A stretch of DNA of 28,411 nucleotides, from positions 1 to 28,411 of the forward strand of contig NW_021833547.1 of the NCBI RefSeq assembly GCF_006345805.1, given 5' to 3'. A program made the position numbers and the translations under genes. Shown one piece after another: positions 11,486 through 20,130 of the stretch. The notes beneath the pieces are model-generated. The model saw nothing but the letters and a program-made list of their open reading frames with translations. It searched no databases and was not told the DNA's origin. The stretch is from Octopus sinensis. Taxonomy: Eukaryota. How positions within the stretch are numbered: position 1 is the first letter of the stretch; every line of letters begins with the position of its first letter.

Positions 11486-12649
11486 ACATATTTTGATAAT
11501 AGTTTTTTTGATTTAATTTTGATTTATTTATAATTTATAGCAGAGCCTTTTTTCGGACACATAAATAATTTTTACCGTTACGATCTTTCATAAATTATGT
11601 CAATGTACGAATTCGAAAAGTCACCAGAATTCTCAAAGGCAACATTGGGATTCCTTTGGAATCAATTAGCTGTGAGCTTTACCTCAATGTCCTTTTAACG
11701 AGATCATCTTGAAGTAATAATAAATTTAGTTCATAAAATTTTTAATTAATACTATGACCCGTTAGTTATTATAATTTAAAGTTAGTTTGTATTTTGACTT
11801 TTAAATAGATTTTTCAACCCATCCTTCAAAGGAATGCTCATCAATACTCTTACGCTTCCTTTTCAGAGTTGTTAAATAGTAAATTATATGTAACCTTCTG
11901 TACTTGAGATCTCAGTGATTGTTTATTTACTAGTGAATGATATTAATGGATTATTGATATAAAAATTGATCAACTGAAAACTAATTTTTTTAATATTTTA
12001 TTCTCATTATTCTCAAAATTGTTCTTCCATTTCTTCTAATTTTTAGGCAAGAATCAGGTGTCCTGATTGTTTAACTTTTTCATTTGTCATTTTAGACATT
12101 GATTTACACAATAGGGATTGCTTCATACAAATAAATTTAAATCTTAATTAAATACAATTATTACCAGGTGCGCACCATACATCAAATAATTCAAAATCAT
12201 TTAATTCAATTACTGTGTATGATTTATGTATAAAAACATTAAAAAAAGCTATTTTGTTATCGCAAAAATCGTTAACTAATTAAGAACATTCCATTAATGA
12301 CAGTATCTGTCATTCTAATATCCAACTCGCTAATCGAAATAGAGTTGATTTGATAATTCAAGATAATAAAATATATTCTACCTCTAAAAAATTATATGAG
12401 TATCAAGAAGCGACTTAATGCGTAATAATTAGAAGAACGTGTCACATTTAAAATAAGTCCGACTGGTGTTAAAAAGAATAATCCCATCTGATATTTTGTT
12501 TCATAGTTTGAAGGAAGCTTATTGGATACTCAAACGTCTGTATTGGTATTTCATAAAGATTTTGAAAGTTTAAGCAACAACTTTATGCTTATTGGTTGCC
12601 AGAAAATTCTATTCTAAATTCATATTAAAATTTGTATTAAAAATCAAAA

Positions 12650-13664
12650 TTATTTTAAATTTTCTGATTTCCATTCAATCTCCATCTCCAAAATTCGAAT
12701 ACTGCAATGGCCATCCTCTGTGTAAGTACGGATTTTCATCATTTTCTTTATATGAACTATTTTGCATTTTTTTGTCTTTGCATCTTCGGTTTTGAAACCA
12801 AACTCGAATTACTCTTTGATGAAGTCCGGTTATTTGAACTAGACGTTCTTTCATCACGGTATCTGGCCTAGGATTTGCCTCGTAATAGTTGTTTAAGGCT
12901 TCCAATTGAAGCTCTGTTAGAACTGTTCTAACTCTTGAAGATTTGTGTCTTTTAGAACGAGATCGACGTTTTTGCTCGGCATTATTTTTATCGTGTTTTT
13001 TAATAGAAACCATTTCGTTAGTTTGAAAAAAACTTTCGTCATTACTCAGCTCTAAAAAATAAAATTATTTTTAACATAAATAACTTGCTTTATAATTAAT
13101 TTGAGTTTGAATTTATATATATAATTTAAAGTAAATACGTTCAAAAATATATCAAAAATAGTATAAGTTTTTTAAATATTTAATAAGATTACTTTCTAGA
13201 TGTTGCAAATAATTTTTTGAATTTGATAAATTTTCATTTTGTGTATTTTTGGTTGAATGATTTGAACATAAAAGTGCTCCATTTTTGGAATAAAACAGTT
13301 CTCCTACTTGTGGCCTGTACGAACAGACTTGACATTCAAAACAATTAACGTGGTATAAATATTCTCCTGAGTTTATTACATAATCATCCATTTGTATATC
13401 TCTGTTACAATTTTGACATACAATATTCAGAGACCTTCTAGGATAACCCATCTTTTTAAAATAACTTTATATAATCTTCTTGACAATAAATCATATTTGT
13501 ATTTCTAATCAAACAATTTTCTTGATATTTCAAATTTTTTGTGCAGATGACACAATTAAAGCACTCTTCGTGCCACAATAATTCATTCTCCGCGTCTTCG
13601 ATTACTATCATACGATTTTGGTTGACATGTCCATTGCATTTCTGACAGATAGGGACGGTCTTAT
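12650..13664 (-). CDS. ISL: Islet-class LIM-homeobox protein; exons 13664-13466, 13437-13193, 13051-12730, 12701-12650; start codon not located
   Basis: LIM1 [21 protein letters not shown]; LIM2 [20 protein letters not shown]. Homeodomain [56 protein letters not shown] is Islet-diagnostic. Introns of 28, 141 and 28 nt keep the frame. The last splice gives [13 protein letters not shown], matching the spacing of Islet NPVEVQSYQPPWK. Confidence 0.85.
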
Positions 13665-15159
13665 CTAAAATTATTAATTTTTACGATTATAAAAATGGCA
13701 ATAAGATCTAATTAGAAGTTAAAACTTATTAATGGATTAAATTTTGATAAAAATCATGCTTTTTGGTAATTATTATAAAAAATCACTTAATAAATTTGTG
13801 TCTAGAAGAAAATGTGACACAAATAATTGCTATTTTGATAAATTAGATCATCTCATGTCAAAAATGCCCTGTGGGAGTTTTTAATAAATATCTAAAGGAA
13901 TATACTTATGCCTTAACGCCTGTATAAAAACTCCCACACTATCTAATCTCGTTTCTCAGATATTTTCAATCTCACAAACGTTAAAGAAAGTGTTTAGAGT
14001 ATTTAAACAAGATATCTATTTTACCGATTTCCAAAGGCTTGAGTTCAGGTAAAAGTTGAGAAAGTAAAGTATTTTTTTCAGATTCAATGAAAGCATCAAA
14101 AAGATCATCTTTCTGCTCCATTATTAATCTAATTAACGTCGATATAAACTTTTGTTTGGCACATTTCTTACGGCCAATACTTTCCCGTCAGTAATAGTCG
14201 ATAATAAACTTATAGAAAATAATTTTTATACTTGTGAAATGCACCTAATTTACTCTAAATTTCTCATGTCTGTTCACTTAATCCCGGCGAAGTGTTTTAT
14301 GTTTAATCCTTTATATTTGAATTAGTTGAAATTAATTTAGTCATTTACGTAGTATTTACATTTAAACTGCTGTTTATTTTAAATTAAAATATAAAAGTCG
14401 TTGATTGATGCCGGCAGCAACAAAGATGCTTCAGACTATAAAGACAATAAAAATCAAATACAATTAGAATGCTAATTAAGTAACGTTCTTTGAAAATGAA
14501 CTTGTGAATGAAAAATAAATATGACTTTAGCACTTCATTTTAAATTTAAAGTTCAACAGGTATTTTTCCTAGTAATTTATTGATTTTATTGGCAGCTTAA
14601 TAAAGAAAATACATTAGTGAAGGAGTTCAATTAAGAAAAAATCGTTAACAAAAACTCGATACATATTTCTTAAAAACCAAACATGGGAAGGTCATGTTTT
14701 TTATGTAGTTGTCAAATGAACAAACTTTTTTTTGACCCTGTAAATTCAAGAATCAAATCATGACTTATTCAAGGAGAAAATTCATTTCAAGGAGAAAAAA
14801 ATGTTTTTCTAAGCTAGAATGACATTGTGGTAAAAACAAGACCCATTACTTATAGCGGTACTTTAGATTAAATAGAAGAATGATTTTGATGTCTTTATTT
14901 TGTTTAATTAGAAATCTTGCTTTCGAAATTATTTAAATTTATATATTAATACTGTTTTTATTTAAAAATGATAATAGAATAAAAACGAAAAAAATATATT
15001 TGTCATTTTCACAATTTTAGAGCTTCAAAAATTTGGGAAAGAAGATAATGTTTCCATTTGTTTCGAAATATTTGTATTTCTAAGCAATCAAACGCTCGGA
15101 GTTTTCAAATATTCAAAAATAAAGTCAAGAAAACACTCGCCCCTGGCTAGAAATTAAAT

Positions 15160-15346
15160 TTTTGCCCCAATAGCCGTGGAGACATCAGGGGCATCGGTCC
15201 GTAATCACTTTCTTTCCTTTGTCGGCTGGGGACGAAGATCGCTAAGAAAAGTAAAAACCCAAACGAGACTCGTCATCTTCTCCAAAGAGTCTCGTTGGCG
15301 ATCGCCCGGGGGAACAGCCAGACTATCTTATGCGCCGGCAATTCGA
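15160..15346 (+). mobile_element. CRE-like 3' stub, copy 2
   Basis: FAPIAVETSG... then, after a frameshift, GTKIAKKSKNPNETRHLLQRVSLAIARGNSQTI. Confidence 0.65.
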
Positions 15347-15564
15347 AATCGTGAAAATAAATTATTCTACGTTTATTGTTAAATTTTAACTATACTCTTA
15401 ATTAATGACAATAAATAAAAAATTTTGACAAAACTAAATTTTGTTCTAAGTATTTATCGATTTTAAAAAGAAAAGGTTATAATGGATTTTTTTAAACAGT
15501 CACAATTTAATTTCTGGACAATTAGAAAAGGGAGAAAGATTGTTGAAGACTACGCAGTTTAGGG

Positions 15565-15752
15565 CGCCCTCCTAGCCTCACGGATTGCGAAGCAGTTGCC
15601 GCGGATTACGGCAATGGAGAGGCGTTGAAAAAGCTAAAAGGACTCTCTCTGGTAGTTCCTCCTCTTGGCGATTCTTCTCCCCAAACCGCGTAGGAAACAA
15701 AGCGACTTGCGGCCAAAGACCCCAGAAGTCTCAACGGCGATGGGCGTGAAAA
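15565..15752 (-). mobile_element. CRE-like 3' stub, copy 3
   Basis: Minus strand FTPIAVETSGVFGRKSLCFLRGLGRRIAK...LFQRLSIAVIRGNCFAI. Confidence 0.7.
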
Positions 15753-17069
15753 GGTTATAATGATATATTCTTTTTTAAATCGAAGACATGAAATATAATA
15801 TTTCAAATGAACAATATTTAGCATCTGATGTCTAAAAAAAATTTTAATAAAAAAACCAACTGTCAATTTTAATTTTCGTTCAAAAATTCGGACAGTTATA
15901 TTAATATTAAAGGTCCTACCTCAAATTGTTACAGCTTATGGATTTTGAGATACTGTTCAAGATCTTCTTCAAACAGATGACTGCAATTGACCCTGTAGAG
16001 ACTTATCTAAACCCAACTGACTAAAGTATCTTTTGGTGGTAGATGCGTCCAATATCATCAATAAATGACAGAGGCTTTAGATTGGAGAATCAGCCATAAC
16101 TTGTTTGCGAACAGTGTGTCGTAATGTACAATAAAATCAATTGTTTCTGTTCCAGATAAAAGAAATGACGAAGTTGATGGAAAGAATTTAAAAACTCGAA
16201 ACCTTGGCGAAGTGGTGTTTTCAACATAATCTATACTTCTAACATCTTCAGATTGGATATCCTCTTTCGTCTCTCGTATGATTAAACTGAAATGTTCCGC
16301 ATATGATTAAACTGAAACAAGTGAGCTTCTTGCATGACTGACTCTAAACGTAATTAGTTGAAGGTTTCTTTTGATAAACGAGAACCATTCCTTCCTTTCT
16401 GCCCGAAAACAGTTCAAGACATGCCCAGCAGTGTAAAATAGACACAAATAAAGGATTCTTGATCTTAGTAGGAACTAAAGAGTACTGATAAATCGCTTAT
16501 ATTATTAATATGGGGAGTTACGGATTCAAGTTTGACCTATCTCGCGAGTATTTCAGCGATTTTTTTCTTCAACTTTAGTTGAAATGATGATGTTCCTCTT
16601 TTGCACAAATGTATTTCTCACGCTTGGTATCCTTCTCGTTTCAATCGGCACTTTAAACGTTAGAAGACTCAATCCCATGTACAAAAAATTTCAATTTGTA
16701 AAAGATCTAAAACAACATGAGATTTCCATGTGTTTCTTGCGAAAGATGTAAATATCAGAAAATGGAGATTTTCAGACAGCAGATTACACGTTTAACACCT
16801 TCGCAACGATATGTCGCCACTACACTCTGGAGTTTGTAATCAACTGAAAATTGGATGGTTCGTCTCGGGCAAAATTGCGGTGCTTCAAATCAAATGAGAA
16901 ACTAGACCCAACTTCCTGGTCACAATCACTAATGTGTACCAGGAACAAAGAAGCTTGAAAACGCATGCGCCACTTTTACTGTCAAAAAATCTTAATGTGG
17001 GTTTCAAAAATGCCTAATTAATTTGATTTCTATTAAAAAATCTAAAAATTAAAAATATTATGTCACTAT

Positions 17070-17601
17070 CCAGCTATTATGTCTTGATGAGCCGCCTCGA
17101 GAGATTCAGAATGAGGAAACTATCTAAATCATTTATATTTGAAAATGAGCTGTATTCTACAATAGAACTGGTCTGAAATTGAGTTTTTTGCAAGGATAAA
17201 ATGGAACTGAAGCTAACATTTATTGAAGCAGAATTTATCCTAATATAGGTTAAGCGGAACATACTCTTAATCATTTTGGGCGTGACCGTTTATTTTCAAA
17301 GCTCAGAAGATTAGTTTATGGAGTCACAAGGGAAGAGATACAGCGTTTAATTTCTTGTTATGCACAATGCAAGATAAATTTGAATTCTTACAGTTAAAAA
17401 TTGTTATGCTCAAAGCCAACAATAACTCCGATAATTCAAGCACAAGTAATTTTATGGTAAATTTTTAAAGTTTCCTTTATTTGATGGAGTAAAATACGAA
17501 AATTCAGAGTTTTAGACGAACAAAACAATATATAAGATCCAAAATGAAGACGGGGAGATAATCGAAGGAGTTCACCATTCGAGATTATCTAAAATTGATT
17601 A
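17070..17601 (+). pseudogene. Degenerate integrase remnant (Gypsy/Ginger-like)
   Basis: HHCC-type zinc-finger remnant EHTLNHFGRDRLFSKL..YGVTREEIQRLISCYAQC at ~17256-17375 and C-terminal YKIQNEDGEIIEGVHHSRL. Many stops; catalytic core not recognised. Confidence 0.4.
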
Positions 17602-18229
17602 ATTAAATAAAATTCATAAATTTTTAAACTGAGGTCAAAACTAAGATAAGGGACAGATAGAAAATTTAGTTTTACATTAAATTATCCCTTCTTTTTTTTA
17701 ACAAATTTTTTGAAAAATAATAAATTTACAATATTAAAATTTATGGATAACCCTAAATTTCTAGCTGATTAAGCTAATTCTAAAACACATTTCTTCTAAA
17801 TAATTGATCTTTAATAAAATTTACCCTAAATTTAATAAATTATCGAACATGCTTACGTTAGCTCAATTTTATACGTAATGTTGGTTTTATTGACAGAATT
17901 TTATTTGATTTTAGCAATTTGATGTTGGCGTTTCATTAACGGCGTGTTTCTTTATCGCACTGTGACATTTCAAGTCCATCCAATTTGTATTAATCCACTG
18001 GATAGCACCCAAGATAGAAATTTTTAGACGGAACGATTCATTTATTATTCGAATTTTCTTATTTAAAAACAATTCACAACGTATTTGTTTTCTTTGCGGA
18101 GTTATCATTTCTTAGGTTTTGATTTCCTGTCGATTTGTTCGCGAAATGTGGAAGAATAAACAAAAAAAATTATTTTTAACTTAAAGACATTAAGAAAAAA
18201 TACAATATCTTGATACAATATGTGGAAGA

Positions 18230-18375
18230 ATGTTGAACAGCGATTACGAAAAAGTTCGGAACATCATTACGCTCATTGAAGTTGGACTTATTTCTCAACA
18301 TAATGTGGAAGTCGAGAAATCACATAAATACGATCTCTTGGCGAGCGAATTGAAGTTAAACCACAATGAAAATTA
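18230..18375 (+). pseudogene. RLE-domain fragment of an R4/Dong-like retrotransposon
   Basis: IITLIEVGLISQHNVEVEKSHKYDLLASEL fits the recalled LIEVGITS...EKxxKYDLLAxEL pattern. Confidence 0.5.
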
Positions 18376-18389
18376 CGAAAAAAGAATTC

Positions 18390-18797
18390 GGTCAAGTTTT
18401 GAAGCTTCATGGACGGGATCGAGAAAGAATTAGAACGTACTATCGCAAGGGATATCCGCTCGAAAAACCATCCTGATTCGCGGGCGTCGCCTGTGATAGC
18501 AGACATTCGGGACCCGATCTCCTGAACGAAGCTGATTGCCTTACCACCCAAGGAACCGGAAGTCTCAACTGTGAATGGGAGAAATTGGAACTTTTTTTTA
18601 TAAGTGAGGAGTACTTCCGCATCTTTTTGCATTCCGCGGTAGATCCAGGGCCGGATGCGGACATCAGCAGGTTCTGAGGCGAGAAAGAGTCCACACACGT
18701 GGCATCCCAGGTAAGAGGCTTCTCCCTGTTGAAGAGAAACACAGTGATCCCATCAGGGCTTTTTCCGTCCCCCCGATCGATCCCAGTGGGTTCGAAC
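18390..18797 (-). mobile_element. CRE-like 3' stub, copy 4
   Basis: FEPTGIDRGDGKSPDGITVF..KPLTWDATCVDSF..KKMRKY, then after a frameshift FLPFTVETSG..WFFERISLAIVRSNS. Confidence 0.8.
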
Positions 18798-18851
18798 AGG
18801 AAGGGGATTAATTAGTTAATTAATTTTTATAAAGTTGAAAACTCCCAAAAG

Positions 18852-19039
18852 GGAATGCGCCCAACCCGGAAGTACTGCAATACCGGGAGGACGCGTGGTA
18901 TGGAGGAAGCAAGCTTCGCAACACATACCAAGGCACAAAAATAAGCATTATATCTTGCCCCGTGTAAGGGCGTCCCAGATATAAAGCTGGAAAGAACAGA
19001 TACTACACTTTGATCTTAGCCAAAAGGCCGAGAAGCGAC
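18852..19039 (-). ncRNA. U2: U2 spliceosomal snRNA
   Basis: Minus strand TCGCTTCTCGGCCTTTTGGCTAAGATCAAAGTGTAGTATCTGTTCT (branch-point recognition GTAGTA). Stems IIa and IIb, Sm site ATTTTTG, and stem IV with loop TATTGCAGTA are present. Length ~188 nt. Confidence 0.96.
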
Positions 19040-19369
19040 ATGTATGCTGTAATTGCTTGAAGCCGATAATTATTCTAACAAATAAATACAGAGTTATTTG
19101 TATTTATGCATAGTAATAATCCTTATAATCTTAAATTCAATTCATATTAATAATATCTATTTACAAGACTATAAGAAAATTTATATTACTTTTATTTTTT
19201 ATATACAGCTACTTTTTTGATCATGATTGGTGAATTATAATGAAATGTCACTTTGGTTAAGTTTTTTGACTTCTTATTTTGATGTCTTTATCTTATTCTC
19301 GATCTGTCCATTCTCTGCTTTTTTTCTCTATATTTTAAATTTCAAAGAAAACCAGTTAATATTATCACC

Positions 19370-19790
19370 TTCTGTCATTATAGGATAGGCTTACATCTCA
19401 CCTGTGGATCGGCTACTTAAACTATGGAGGGTAACAGATCGAATTTCCACTATCTAATCTAATATCAGATAATAAGACATCGATTATGATGTCATTAACA
19501 TGTATGCCCCCACAATGAAAGATTATCGACCTTTACAGATGAGGTTGATGATTTTTATTTGATTTTATTGGAAGTATACGCCTAACTCAGATTTTCCGTA
19601 ATAATTTTTATTGCAAGGGACCGAAATTCAAAAGCAGGACTTAAACACAGAGATGAACGCTGCATTGGTAATCACGGAAAGAAGTATCGAAATTCTCTCG
19701 TTAATCTTATGATCGACATTTGTAATACCTAAGTTTGTAATTTCTGTGCAACACGGATTTTCAGGACGCCGCCCGACACATGACAACTTT
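19370..19790 (+). pseudogene. Degenerate APE endonuclease fragment of an RTE-like LINE
   Basis: Across frameshifts: VTDRISTI, INMYAPT, DEVDDFYLIL, RDRNSKAG..ERCIGNHG..RNS. Confidence 0.55.
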
Positions 19791-19958
19791 GCTAGGTTGT
19801 AGAACAAATGAACAAAGATAGAAACTAAAAATATATAATTAAATTAATTATATTTTGTAAAAGCAGTCTCAGAAGAGATTGTTAGTCGACTTCCGTTCGT
19901 ATATAGGAGCCTTGAAAAACAGCGATCATACTGTTGTCTTAATAATAAAATGGTTATG

Positions 19959-20002
19959 GTGTGTGTCTGTCTGTCTGTCTGTGTGTCTGTCTGTCTGTCT
20001 GT
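19959..20002. repeat. (GTCT/GTGT)n microsatellite
   Basis: gtgtgtgtctgtctgtctgtctgtgtgtctgtctgtctgtctgt. (GTCY)n tracts are typical near the 5' end of many Helitron-type elements. Confidence 0.9.
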
Positions 20003-20130
20003 GCACACCCACATTCAAATTGTTACAAACCAGATCAAATTGTCAAAACCTTCCCTTTTGTAGTTATTCGATAATGAGGCACAATAAAAGGTTGATATCC
20101 TCTAAGAACCTTCCTGTCAAAAATTTTAAT

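Noticed and set aside
11540-12520. Long protein-like frames interrupted mainly by TAA, suggesting stop-codon reassignment
   Set aside because: MVK, neurochondrin and Islet (over 1100 codons) contain no in-frame TAA/TAG and end in TAA. Similar frames appear on both strands, so AT-rich chance or an unresolved spliced or decayed gene is more likely.
13981-14121. Small minus-strand ORF MEQKDDLFDAFIESEKNTLLSQLLPELKPLEI...
   Set aside because: 46 codons, no recognisable family, and no consistent splice path to extend it or join it to Islet.
15138-15153. hAT-like terminus CGCCCCTG|GCTAGAAA
   Set aside because: No matching left TIR or TSD found upstream.
16270-16750. THAP-domain remnant on the minus strand (ISCC..., RKEWFSFIKR, IC.EHF-like)
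   Set aside because: The motifs are in different frames and too far apart to support without an HMM search.
17911-18108. 65-aa ORF as a transposase HTH
   Set aside because: No diagnostic residues, TIRs or catalytic domain nearby.
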